From Octopus vulgaris (lineage: Eukaryota): 64,000 bases of DNA. The notes beneath the pieces are model-generated. The model searched no databases and was not told the origin of the DNA. It saw only the letters and a list, made by a program, of their open reading frames with translations. Positions within the stretch are counted from its first letter, which is position 1; each line of letters opens with the position of its first letter. Both the position numbers and the translations under genes were made by a program. Where the stretch lies: NCBI GenBank assembly GCA_951406725.2, contig OX597824.1:56916001-56980000 (forward strand). The letters are read 5' to 3'. Positions 14,094-26,757 of the stretch are shown here, one piece after another.

Positions 14094-14835
14094 GTCTATC
14101 TATCTATCTATAAATTAATATGCAACATATTGATATAACTATATCATATATTTTTATATAAAATAATATGTTATATATATACATATGTATGTGTGTATGC
14201 ATGTATGTATGTGTGTATGTATATAATGTGTATTTAAGCATTTATGTGCATGTGTTTGCGTGAGTATGTGTGTGTGTGTACATTACGTACACGAGAAAGC
14301 TTCATGTATGATGGACCTACGTATATACATCGCATTACATAGTTACATACGGACGTATACACTTACATATGCATAAATATATTTCACATTCTACGCATAT
14401 ACATGGATACAACGACACATCACATTACATACATACTCTACATACTTAGATTACATTATGCACATACATGCGATGCATTTAACGGGTATAGATACTTCTG
14501 GTTGTAGAATGTGAAAATAAAATTATAAAAACGAAAAAATGTACAAAAAAGTAAAAATAAAAAAATCTCAAACTATAGTCTAAATGAAATTCCATTTTCA
14601 TACATCTAAATATTTGCGAGTTTCTTTTTTTTTAATAGTAGACATCGGAACCGTTATGAGAGAGTTCAGAGCTGATCAAATCATAGGAGTCACAGGGAGA
14701 AATGGGTAACAAGAGCTGGGTAATAATACTGCAAAATGTCGGAATGTCTGGATGTCTGCGTTAGTAAACAGTGAGATAGGTTACTGAATATCATTACACA
14801 CAACTTGTGTTTTATGTCAGATTTATGAAAGAAAC

Positions 14836-14866
<31 letters not shown>

Positions 14867-14930
14867 CCACCACCACCACCATCATCATCATTATATACAT
14901 TAGAACTTTAGTTAACTGTTTGTCTGTTTG

Positions 14931-15000
<70 letters not shown>

Positions 15001-15001
15001 A

Positions 15002-15085
<84 letters not shown>

Positions 15086-15313
15086 CTTTCTATATATGTG
15101 TACATACACACCATGGTATATATAACATTTCGGGTATAGATCATACATAATGTGTATGTCCAAATTAATGCGGTCGAACAAATCGAGCCGAGGACTTATT
15201 CTTTGTAACTAGTACTTATTTTATCGGTCTCTCTTGCCGAACCGCTAGGTTACGTGGACGTAAACACACCAACATCGGTTGGCAAGCGATGGTGGGGAAC
15301 AAACACAGACACA

Positions 15314-15387
<74 letters not shown>

Positions 15388-15673
15388 ATATAAATAATAT
15401 ATAAATATATGGACATATACATACATATATGTACATACCTACATATATATGTATATATATATATATGCATATATGGGTACAGGATATCAAAAAAACGTTA
15501 AACACAATGAGAAACGAAAACATAAAAACAAAAACATAGAAACAAATTTTTTTTCGAACAACGGAAAAACAAACAGAGAAACGAGACATACAACAGTTCT
15601 CCCTGTTTCATCTACCCCAGGTTTCGAAATATATATATATATATTTGTTTGTTTTGTAAACTTTCCCTATATA

Positions 15674-15768
<95 letters not shown>

Positions 15769-16666
15769 ACAGGATTCTTTCAGTTTCCGCCTACCAAATT
15801 CACTCACAAGGCTTTGGCTGGCCCGAGGCTATAGCAGAAGACACATGCCCCAGGTGCCACTCAGTGGAACAGAACCCGTAACCATGCGGTTGGGAAGCAA
15901 GCTTCTTAACATACACCCACTCCTGGGCCTATATATGTATGTATGGATGTATGAATGTATATATTAAGTGTGTGTGTGTGTGTGTGAGTATGAGCGTGTG
16001 TGTTAGTATGAGTGTGTGTGTGTATGTGTGTGTGTGTTTGTATATATGTACATATAGTTTGATTGATTTGTAAAAAGCGGAAAGGAAGAGATGAACATAC
16101 AAATATAGTGATCATGATAATCTGTTGTCGGAATATTAAATTGGACCGCATTCACAGACACACACATACACAGAAACAGACACGCACACACACACATGTA
16201 CATACATACATGTATATATAAATATCATTCAATCACGGTAGTGGTTGAATATATTCTTAAGTCCACCATTTCGTCAACGGCAGCAGCTTCCAAGCTTCAC
16301 CACTAAGTTAGTTCTCAACTAAATTGCAAACTGTTAACAGTTTTAAAGAGGACACCTCCTCAGCTACACTTTGGCATAAATAGTTTGAGATTTAGTTCAG
16401 TAGAAAAAAAAGTTACATCAAAATATCTGTGACCTCAAGGGGGGCAGTAAGGCAGATATTCATCTTCAACTAACATAAAGTTTTTAATCTTAAACTAAAA
16501 GTATACTTTTCTTAAATGATAGAAATGCATGAGGAATTCAGAATCGTTTGTCGCATTGAACAAATATTAGTAGAAAAACAGTTATGAGGTAAAATGTTAC
16601 GATATTTAATATCAGCCAGGAAGTAAGAAGTAACGCTTAAGCAATAAGTATAAAGAACATACTTTT

Positions 16667-16890
16667 AAGGCAGCGAGCTGGCAGAATCGTTAGCACGCTG
16701 GGTGAAATGCTAAGCGGTATTTCGTCTGCCGCTACGTTCTGAGTCCAATATTCGCCGTGGTCGACTTTGTCTTTCATCCTTTCGGGGTCGATTAAATCAC
16801 TACCAGTTACGCACTGGGGTCGATATAATCGACTTAATCTGTTTGTCTGTCCTTGTTTGTCCTCTCTTTGGGTAGTAAAGAAATAGAAAT
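16667..16890 (+). mobile_element. SINE family 2
   Basis: AAGGCAGCGAGCTGGCAGAATCGTTAGCACG...TTTCATCCTTTCGGGGTCGATT. Confidence 0.8.
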
Positions 16891-18994
16891 AGGTATTTCG
16901 TCTGTCTTTATGTTTTGAGTTCAAATTTCGCCGAGGTCGACTTTGACGTACAGATTATTTAATTAATTTTTTTTAACTAAACACTTTAAAACTTCCGATA
17001 CTGGTAGAATGTGTCACATAGAACAGGGCTTACTCTTAACGTTTTTGACAAGATTTTGTATTTTAGAAGTTATTTCGTCAGCAGTTACAGAGTAACAATG
17101 GACAAATTCGTGTTTGATAAGTGCCAATACACGAAACTCTCAGCTTTTGACTTACTCTCCAACTTTTGCCGATGATATATATACATATTACATATATGTG
17201 TAAAAAAAATCTCATCACGCAATCGAACCAATGAAAGAGCCTCTACCTGGTCGCTCGACACGCTAAAAATTGCAGCCAAAGTATCCCCTACCTAAATCAC
17301 ACGCCCATTGTATGTCATGTCCTAGATTATCCCTAAAAAGATGTTTTGCTGACGGCTGGAATGTCTTTGGTGATACGTTTGCAGTATCAGGATTGCTTTG
17401 AGGCTAAATAACAACATTAGGGTCAATTTCTATATTAACACCCGCACGATTTTCACTAAGAAAAAAAATTGATTTTTTGCGTGGAATCAAGTACCCTGAC
17501 CTCCTAATATGCTGCAAATCCCTTATTTTGGTTCGGAAAAAATGAGGTGGGGGTAGAGAATCATTGGAAATTTTTTTCGTTGAATGAATTCCTGTGACCT
17601 CCTAATATTGCAAAATTAGGTTACTTAAGGTGAGCCTAGTAACTGATGGTTTTGGGGTCTTGTTGTTTGTAACTTTTGGTAATCTATGGTGCAACCAACA
17701 ACATAGTAAAAATCTTTGCCATTAATTTGGTGTGGATGGGTAATATAAAATAACTCAATCACAACATAAATAACACTATACTTATTTAAGTAGAATTTGG
17801 CTAATTTACTACAGTAAATACAGAAAAAAGTGACTAATTAGACAAACTTACAAATTAGCTGAACAGATTTGTACAATAAATTAAAAAGATGAGAACTAAA
17901 GAGTGATAAATTAGAAGAACTGGCATTCTTTGCAGCAATATTTTAAGTAAAAAGTTTCTTATTCTTTACTTTACTAGAAGTAATAGTTTGTTTTATACTT
18001 TTACAGGTGTAATAACTTGTCCTGTACTTTTCCAGGTTTATAATCTTAAGAAGATGACTTTTCATGCTCACATTTTTTCATGTAATATATATATATATGT
18101 GTATTCTTTTATTTGTTTCAGTCATTTGACTGCGGCCACACTGGAGCACGACATGGAAGGGTTTTAGTCGAAGAAATTGACTGCAGGACTTACTTTTAAG
18201 TGTAGTACTTATTCTATCCTTCTCTTTGCTGAGCCGCTTCGTTACGCGACGTAAACACGCCAATACGGGACGCCAAGCGCTAGGAAATAAACACAAGCAC
18301 AAAGACACACAGAGAAATATATTCACAAATATATGTTTTATTATTTTCTTCTTTTACATGTTTCAATCATTTGAATGCGGCCATGCTGACTTATTCTTTA
18401 TAAGCCTAGTACTTATTCTATCGGTCTCTTTCGCCGAATCGTTAAGTTACAGGGACATGAACACACCAACATTGGTTGTCTAGCGATAGTGGGGAAACAA
18501 ACACTGACACACACACATATATATATACATATACGACGAGCTTCTTTCAGTTTCCGTCTACCAAATCCACTCATAAGGCTTTGGAAAGGTGCAAGGGAGG
18601 CAAGCGAGGGTGGAATGAGAGGGTAAAAATGTGGAAAGAGAAAGCAAGCTTATGGGTGGAAAAAGATAGGTAAAAGAGAAAGAGGGAGAAAGAGAGAAAA
18701 CGAAAAAGAAAAGAAGAAAGAGAGAAAAAGAGTGGAGATATGGTTAAGAGTGGTACAAAAATATTCAAAGAACATCATTTTACAATAAAGTAAACGAACG
18801 AGTCCATTCCGCTACTTGGATGTATCACGGGTTGAAAAGAACGAATACAAAGAGAAAAGTTAGACGAAAGTAGAGTAGACGTAAATTACACGGATAAAAA
18901 ATGAGACAACGGCACGATACACGGAATATTCGCAGCAATTTCATGCCAATTACCTTTGATACTGCTCAATTTTGCAAGCGCCAGTTCTTATGTA

Positions 18995-19028
<34 letters not shown>

Positions 19029-19165
19029 AGAAAATAGTAAAGTGTGAAAAAACGACAGAAGGCTTAAATGTTAAAAAATATATATATTTGTGTCAAAATG
19101 TCTGGAGAATATTGGAAAAATTTTTTTTCCCTTTCCTTAAAATGACATAATTTAAAAATTTTTTA

Positions 19166-19205
19166 AAGAAATTACCGGTTTCGCGTGTAGCTTTTCAAAT
19201 TTCTT
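19166..19205 (-). ncRNA. minimal type I hammerhead, U3-A8 variant, in 3' pLTR
   Basis: AAGAAAT-TTGAAAA-GC TACAC GC-GAAA-CCGG-TA-ATTTCTT. Confidence 0.8.
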
Positions 19206-19261
19206 GTGACGTTATGTTTATATTGCATGGAATTATCGTTGTTTTTATTTCCAGGAGATTT

Positions 19262-21667
19262 CTAAATAAGGGGAGGTAGTGAGTGATTTTTTCCGGTGTA
19301 GGGGAGATAATCGCTTAAAAATTTTTTTTCCCTTTTCCTTGTTAATTTCTCCGTGTCAAGTATGTTCGGATGGTTGAGTCTGGGTTTGTACTTTTCAATG
19401 AAGAATGTTTCCTTGTTCAGTCTCATTTGTGTTGATGATCCGAAAGCACATTGGTAAAATGGGAAGATTAAAAATTGTGGCAGTAGTTGCTTTGCGCATT
19501 TCTCAATGTGCTCACTAAAAGGTATCATTCTATATTCTGGGAATGCAATCTGTTGTCGATGCAGTGTGCATCTGCGCCTGAGTGATAGTCCCGTGGAACC
19601 CACGTAGTCTTGGTGGCAGCCCGAGCATTTAATAACATAAATTATGTTTTCAGAGGCACAAGTAAAGTTAGATTTGATCTTAAATTTCTGTCCCTCTTTA
19701 AAGAAGAATTCTGATCCTTCCAATAGGTTAGGACATGTTGCACAGTTCGATCTACCACATTTTTTTACTTTTGCATCCGTAATTTTAGAAGACAATTTTG
19801 CCTTTGTGAGAATCTTTTTAAGTGATTTAGGCTGTTTGTAGCTTTTAATGATTTGGTGTATGTTTAGAATTTCCTTTAATTTTGGGTTTTTATGAAGTAT
19901 TGGTAAATTCTGGGTGATGATGGTGAAGGCTTCTTTGTTTCTGGGGTTGTATGTAGATATGTAAGGTAGTATTTTCGGGGAAGGTGTGTTGTTGTGTTGA
20001 ACTTTTCTTAAAGTTTCTATGTTGATTTCTGTTGCACGTCTGATCCCATCCTCTATGAGTTGAGCTGGGTAATGTCTGTCAATTAGGGTGTTTTTGAGTT
20101 CTTGCAGTCTAAAGTTCCTGGTATTTTGTTCTGACACTATTGTGCATATCCTTCTTGCAAGGTTGAAGGGGATGTTTGTTTTAGTGTGTCTTGGGTGGCA
20201 TGAATTAAAAAGAAGGTATTGTTTGGCGTCTGTGGCTTTGTAAAAAATGTCTGTTTCTATTTTAAGGTTAATTTTTTTAATTAGTACATCCAAGAACGGG
20301 AGCTCCTTTTGGTTGTATTCCATTGTGAACTGTATATTTGGGTTTATGCTGTTCAATAGGTTTTTAAATTTTAGGAGTTTATCTATGTTTTCATTCCAGA
20401 GAATGAAACAATCGTCTAGGAATCGTTTCCAATTCTCTTTTATGTATTGAGAGAGGGAGTTTCCAAAGATTGATAGAGATTCCTGGTAAATGATTATTTC
20501 CATGTATCCCATTGTTAAGTTCGCAATGACTGGTGCTGCCCTTGTACCCATAGCAATTCCGGATTTTTGACGGTAAAATGTATTGTCAAACATGAAGTGG
20601 TTATTGTGTAGGATGAATTCAATTGATTTAGTAATGAATTCCTTACTGATCCTTTTTGGTATTTCTTCCGGAAATTGGTCTAACCAGAATTGTATTGCCT
20701 CCAGTCCATAATTATGAGGTATACTGGTATACAAGTTGACTACATCAAATGAAACCAGGATTGTTTCTTCCTTGGTTTTTTTTGGAAGGTGGTTTAACAT
20801 ATCTAAGTCATCTCTGATATGGCTATCGATATGTTTAAGGAAGGGTTTCAAGAGGATGTCCATAAGTAGACTTAGTCTGTGTGTTTCACAGGTTGGGCCA
20901 GCTACAATGGGTCGTAGTTTTAGGTCCCCCGGATTAGGTGTGTGTATGTATGTCTTTGGTGATTTTTTAATGGTTTCATTTATAATTTGACTTTTATGAA
21001 TTTTTGGCAGACCATAGAAAAGGCTAGGTTTGCATTTAAAGTTTGTTAGGAAATCAATCTCTTTGGTTGTCAGTTCCTTTTCATGGGTTTTAATTAGTGA
21101 AGATAGAGTTTTCATTATTTTTTGTGGGGTGTAGTTGGTAATTTTTTCATAATGTAGGTCTTCATCAAGCAAGGAAATTACAAGATTTCTGTAGTATGAT
21201 GTATCCATTATTACAACTGCATTTCCCTTGTCCGCTTCCTTAATGGTTATATCTTCATCATTTTGGAGTTCTATCAGTTCTTTCCATTGTGTAGTGTTAA
21301 AATTTGGGTTAGTTTTCTGTTTATGTATAGTATGGTAGGGGAAGTTCTCAATGTGGTTACAGAATTCGTCAAGATCTTTATTTCTTCCTCTGTGTGGGAT
21401 GTGTTCACTTTTGTTCTTGACTAGTGATTCATCTTCAGTATTGAAACTGTTTGATGCTTCTGCTAGTCTTAATTTTCTGCAAAATTCTGTTACATTATCC
21501 TTGAGTTCATTTAGGTTTGCTCTGATTGGAGTTGGTGTAAATTTGAGCCCTTTTGCGAGGATGTCAATTTTTATGTTAGAAAGAGGTTTGGTTGAAAGAT
21601 TGATTATCTTCGGTTTTTCCTTATTACTAGGTTCCAGCCTGTGTCCTGGTGTCCCTGGTCCCTGGCT
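19262..21667 (-). CDS. PLE reverse transcriptase + Zn-finger linker + GIY-YIG endonuclease (frame open well upstream of first ATG at 21208)
   Basis: IINLS..KGLKF, ADKGNAVV, FYGLPKIHK, LRPIV, SFDVVNLYT, GIAMGT, RFLDD, LPFLD, CGRSNCATC, IIYVIKCSGC..YVGST; no stop from 21778 to 19262. Confidence 0.93.
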   Translation of the reverse strand, partial: SQGPGTPGHRLEPSNKEKPKIINLSTKPLSNIKIDILAKGLKFTPTPIRANLNELKDNVTEFCRKLRLAEASNSFNTEDESLVKNKSEHIPHRGRNKDLDEFCNHIENFPYHTIHKQKTNPNFNTTQWKELIELQNDEDITIKEADKGNAVVIMDTSYYRNLVISLLDEDLHYEKITNYTPQKIMKTLSSLIKTHEKELTTKEIDFLTNFKCKPSLFYGLPKIHKSQIINETIKKSPKTYIHTPNPGDLKLRPIVAGPTCETHRLSLLMDILLKPFLKHIDSHIRDDLDMLNHLPKKTKEETILVSFDVVNLYTSIPHNYGLEAIQFWLDQFPEEIPKRISKEFITKSIEFILHNNHFMFDNTFYRQKSGIAMGTRAAPVIANLTMGYMEIIIYQESLSIFGNSLSQYIKENWKRFLDDCFILWNENIDKLLKFKNLLNSINPNIQFTMEYNQKELPFLDVLIKKINLKIETDIFYKATDAKQYLLFNSCHPRHTKTNIPFNLARRICTIVSEQNTRNFRLQELKNTLIDRHYPAQLIEDGIRRATEINIETLRKVQHNNTPSPKILPYISTYNPRNKEAFTIITQNLPILHKNPKLKEILNIHQIIKSYKQPKSLKKILTKAKLSSKITDAKVKKCGRSNCATCPNLLEGSEFFFKEGQKFKIKSNFTCASENIIYVIKCSGCHQDYVGSTGLSLRRRCTLHRQQIAFPEYRMIPFSEHIEKCAKQLLPQFLIFPFYQCAFGSSTQMRLNKETFFIEKYKPRLNHPNILDTEKLTRKREKKFLSDYLPYTGKNHSLPPLI

Positions 21668-22215
21668 AAAAAATGTTGGGTGTAATTTTGTTTGTATGAG
21701 TTGTCTGTGAGGTTGTGTGGTATTTGGTCGGGGGAGTGGTGGTATTGTTGCCTCCGATCGTTGTGTGTGTGTGGGAATCTATGGTTGTTAATGCTTGTGG
21801 TGTGTGTAAAATTTCTGTATGGGGAATATTTTTGTTTCGAACTTCTTGTATGTGGGATGTTGCTTGACATAGTGTTTCTTTGCGTTTGTCTTGTGTTTAG
21901 TGGGGACCAGTAGTTTTGGTTCATGGGGTAGTAGTGATTTGTGTGTGGTGTATTTCTTATCCTAGTGTCGTATTGTGCTGTATGGTGGTTGGGTCTGGTA
22001 TTAGGATGTTGTTGGTTTGTTCTGTTTTTGGTGTAATTTCTTTCATAGACGCGTCCTCTTTCAGCTAGTTCCCTGTTAGGTCTAGCGTGGTTTGTAAAGG
22101 TTGGTTGTGGGTGATTTCTGTCTTTAGTGTATGGAGGATAGTTGGGGGTTGTTCGTGGGTTGTTAGGTTTTTCTTTTTTATTTATTGCAATTTTCTTAAG
22201 GAAGGGATTATTTGT
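21604..22215 (-). CDS. 3' part of PLE upstream ORF (N/H/R/T/P-rich), overlapping the RT frame; 5' end lost at the inversion junction
   Basis: Open frame of ~200 codons; the listed start codon lies in the inverted pLTR and is an artefact. Confidence 0.55.
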   Translation of the reverse strand, partial: TNNPFLKKIAINKKEKPNNPRTTPNYPPYTKDRNHPQPTFTNHARPNRELAERGRVYERNYTKNRTNQQHPNTRPNHHTAQYDTRIRNTPHTNHYYPMNQNYWSPLNTRQTQRNTMSSNIPHTRSSKQKYSPYRNFTHTTSINNHRFPHTHNDRRQQYHHSPDQIPHNLTDNSYKQNYTQHFLARDQGHQDTGWNLVIRKNRR

Positions 22216-22409
22216 ACCCAAAAGTACAAACCCAGACTCAACCATCCGAACATACTGACACAGAGAAATTAACAAGGAAAAGGGAAAAAAAAAATTTTAA
22301 GCGATTATCTCCCCTACACCGGAAAAAATCACTCACTACCTCCCCTTATTTAGAAATCTCCTGGAAATAAAAACAACGATAATTCCATGCAATATAAACA
22401 TAACGTCAC

Positions 22410-22449
22410 AAGAAATTTGAAAAGCTACACGCGAAACCGGTAATTTCTT
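22410..22449 (+). ncRNA. minimal type I hammerhead, U3-A8 variant, in inverted pLTR
   Basis: Identical inverted copy of 19166-19205. Confidence 0.8.
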
Positions 22450-22625
22450 TAAAAAATTTTAAAATTATGTCATTTTAAGGAAAGGGAAAAAAATTTTTCC
22501 AATATTCTCCAGACATTTTGACACAAATATATATATTTTTTAACATTTAAGCCTTCTGTCGTTTTTTCACACTTTACTATTTTCTTATATATTCACCCAC
22601 GTGCTTTACCAAACAAACTTTCTTA

Positions 22626-22686
<61 letters not shown>

Positions 22687-22689
<3 letters not shown>

Positions 22690-23056
22690 GCTGTGTGGTA
22701 AGTAGCTTGCTTCCCAACCACATGGTTACGGGTTATGTTGCACTACGTGGCACCTTGGGCAAGTGTTTTCTACTATAACCTCTGGCCGACTAAAGCTTTG
22801 TGAGTGGATTTGGTAGACGGAAACTGAAAGAAGTCTGTCATATATATATGTATATATTTGTGTGTGTTTCTGTACTTGTCCCCACCATCACTTGACAGCA
22901 GATGTTGGTCTGTTTACATCCCCGTAACTTAGCGGTTCGGCAAAAGAGACCGATAGAATAAGTACTAGGCTTACAAAGAATAAGTCCTGGGTCGATTTTT
23001 TCGACTAAAGGCGGTGCTCCAACATGGGCAACAGTCAAATGACTGAAACAAGTAAA
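22687..23056 (+). mobile_element. SINE family 1, near full length
   Basis: GTGGCTGTGTGGTAAG...CAAATGACTGAAACAAGTAAA. Confidence 0.85.
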
Positions 23057-23827
23057 TAAATAAAAGCAGCTAGTTATAAAATCTCTGTAAGAGAGGAAAG
23101 AAATAACTGTACTGGCAAGTAATGTTTGTGGCCACTTCAACGTGGCTTTTGCGTACGAACGGACATTACTGCAATTTTTTAACCCTAAGCGGACATTTCC
23201 TCTAGCTGGTTTACGATGCAACCTACATCCGATATATTGCAAGCAAGAGAGTGAATCCCTACTACCTTCTCGCGACTAGATCGGCAGACCAGCCTGGTTT
23301 CAGGCTATTTCTGTCCTTCCTCAATGCTGGACACCTTGTCTGCTAGAAATGGCAGTTGTTGGCTCAAGTTTGCAATATATAGAAATTCAAGCGACGTTCA
23401 GTCGCTGATCTTGCAACAAGCAGAACAGCTAGTTATAAATATCTGTAAGAGATGAAAGTAGTGACATGAGTGACGCCCAGAGTCGAATGCCTTCTTGTCT
23501 AGCTATATCGTTAAGAGATTACGGCGATGTTGCTCGGCTTCCTCAATGACAACTTTGTTGAGGAGGAGCTGTTCAGCAAACCCCCAGACTCCTTTCTTCC
23601 TCTTGCCTGTTCTTCAGTTATCACACCATTTGTTTAGCAGTGGTTTTGGAGGAAAATTCAGACAATCTTTGTACAGTTTATACAGAACATAAAAGCATGC
23701 TTAGAGCTTTGTATGTATGTATGTATGTATGTATGTATGTATGTATGTATGTATGTATGTATGTATGTATGCATGTATGTATGTATGTATGTATGTATGT
23801 ATGGATGTATGTATGGATGTATGTATT

Positions 23828-23875
<48 letters not shown>

Positions 23876-23927
23876 GATAAAACTTACTTGGAAATGGATG
23901 CGTGGCATTCGAACATATAGTAATATA

Positions 23928-23977
<50 letters not shown>

Positions 23978-24811
23978 GCACATATGCATACATATATGTG
24001 CATACCTACATATATATGTATATATATGTAGGTATGTACATATATGTACGTATATATGCATATATATATATATATATATATATTTATATTATATATATGT
24101 ATATGGTTCATATATACACCACCACAGCTATGACAAAACATCTTAACCTGAAAAGCAATGTCCACATGTGGCTTCACACATTTAAGCTACGAGTGAACTT
24201 TGGGCTACCCCTTTGCTCTATCTCTGGGGAATACCTCACCCCCTCTCTTTGGCCCAATGGTGACCTTTTTACTTCTCCATTCATTTTCCAATCACTGATT
24301 AGCCATATCGAATATCTTCGCCATTCATGGGAACAGAAAATGTGATTGTGGATTGACGCGGTCAATGTATATTATCGCCATCAACATCGTCATCGTTATC
24401 ATCATCATCATCATCCTCGTTGTCGTTATCGTTGTAATCCTCTCCTCCTCTTCCCACATCTCGCCACCCTCATTATCTTTATAATTATTCTTTTTTATTC
24501 TTGCTTTGAGAAATAGCAAAACGTTTCCCTTGTTAATACAGAAAAATTAGGTACAGCTTGGGGAACATGAATGGAAGTGTTTAAGGTTAATCAAGTTGAC
24601 TAATATTTACAAGGTTAACTAATATGTTTATGGTTAGCCAACGTCTTTAAGGTTAACAAATGCTGTATGGAAATGTCCTAAGAATATTTATACACCCTAG
24701 TATTATTGCTTTTTAGATCGTGCCTATGTCCATTCTTAGAGGTAATATATCAAATTCTTTATATAAGTCTCTCTCTCTCTCTCACTCATGCATTCTCTTT
24801 CTTTCTCTCTC

Positions 24812-24812
24812 T

Positions 24813-24899
<87 letters not shown>

Positions 24900-24904
24900 C
24901 CTAC

Positions 24905-24969
<65 letters not shown>

Positions 24970-25025
24970 CATCTATCCATCTATCTATCCATCTATCTAT
25001 CTATCCATCCATCCATCCATCCATC

Positions 25026-25114
<89 letters not shown>

Positions 25115-25140
25115 ATATCTATCTATCTATCTATCTATCT
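24812..25140. repeat. (TATC)n microsatellite
   Basis: Direct reading; similar arrays at 14012-14110, 14931-15085, 39798-39912. Confidence 0.95.
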
Positions 25141-25203
25141 ACACACACACCGTTGGCGATTTTTTTCCTCCGTCTTCCCTTCTTTGGATCTTTCCTTTTC
25201 CTA

Positions 25204-25240
25204 TGTTTCTGACGAAGAGCTCCGCTCGAAACGTTAAACA
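25204..25240 (+). ncRNA. minimal type I hammerhead in short PLE fragment (25148-25340)
   Basis: TGTTT-CTGACGA-A GAGC TCC GCTC-GAAA-CG-TT-AAACA; palindromic stem III ACGT. Confidence 0.8.
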
Positions 25241-25349
25241 CTCCTTTCCTTCTTGCCTGAGCGTCCAATAATACTATACTTGTTCCACGTCCTCGCGTTG
25301 TTGTGTTTTCTCTTTGTGTTTTCATGCTTGGATTAACTATATATATATA

Positions 25350-25391
<42 letters not shown>

Positions 25392-25508
25392 TCCCGGGTT
25401 GATTCGGGGTTAACCACAGTATGTAAGGTATAACTCTAAAATTAATTCCTGAAGATTTCTCTTGAATGAAACAGTAATAATGAACTCCTTCTATTAATTA
25501 AATTAATA

Positions 25509-25574
<66 letters not shown>

Positions 25575-25605
25575 TATTAGAGAGTTAACACCCTCATAAT
25601 ATATT

Positions 25606-25670
<65 letters not shown>

Positions 25671-26204
25671 CACATTCAAAAGGAAAAAAACACATACACG
25701 CACATTACAACCACAACAAACATTCACAAACTTACATGCACACACACAAGCATGCACACACACAATGACACATACCTCCCCGACAAATACAAGGCATATA
25801 AACGCACCCACACAAACACTCCTACACGCATACACACATATTGCACTAACAATACAAACAAAACAGATCACTCACAAATGCAACACACGTGCACACACAC
25901 ACACACCCGGAAACTACAGAACTACATAAACCATACTCACACATATACACACACACACAAACACATACTCAATACCAACACACACAAAACGCATATACAC
26001 ACACGCCACTCAGATAAACCCAACATATATACAAACACATACACAAACTAGCGCACACGCAACACACTAACAAACATTAACCACACACATACATACACAT
26101 ATACACACACCATCCTACCAAATTTTGAAAACACACACAGACACATTTATTTACACCACAATGGACCCTGGGACCAATCAGAAACGGCCCCTCCACACAA
26201 ACAC

Positions 26205-26244
<40 letters not shown>

Positions 26245-26713
26245 TCATATCATTCTGACCCCCATACAGACGCACCATGACAAATACTAATCACGCACAT
26301 ACACACACTAAGACAATCACACACACGGCTAACAAACGGGCACACACATACACACACCATCCTACCAAATTTTACAAACACACACAGACACATCTATTTA
26401 CAACACAATAAACCCTGGGACCAATCAAAAACGGCCCCCACACACAAACACAAACACATGTATATGTATACACACACACACAAAGACTCGCACCATTCTG
26501 ACCTCTAAAGACCAATCCCCCAAATCATTGATGCTTGAAGGAGAGACAAAGAAGTTCTTTTCAGTTCCACATTACTTTTCCTTCCCCCCACTCAAACACC
26601 CCTACACTGTCCCTTGAAATAAAAAATAGTCTTTTACGATAACATGGTGAACCAGGTCAGTTTAAGCTACCACTACTAAAATGTAAACTTTTTTGAACTT
26701 ATAATATTCTGTA

Positions 26714-26757
<44 letters not shown>

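Larger units (their letters stand above)
19027..22628 (-). mobile_element. Penelope-like retroelement (Neptune/Naiad-like), 5'-truncated, with inverted pseudo-LTR, inserted in (TA)n
   Basis: RT+GIY-YIG ORF; ~370-bp near-identical inverted repeats 19027-19395 and 22220-22587; extra ~40-nt tail 22588-22628; (TA)n on both flanks. Confidence 0.95.

Noticed and set aside
24160-24365. Unique-looking segment with short ORFs, possible host exon
   Set aside because: No recognisable motif and no convincing splice-site pair
25441-25482. CTGAAGA-TTTC TCTT GAAT-GAAACAGTA hammerhead-like motif
   Set aside because: Stem I does not pair next to the core; probably a decayed copy, so not listed as a feature
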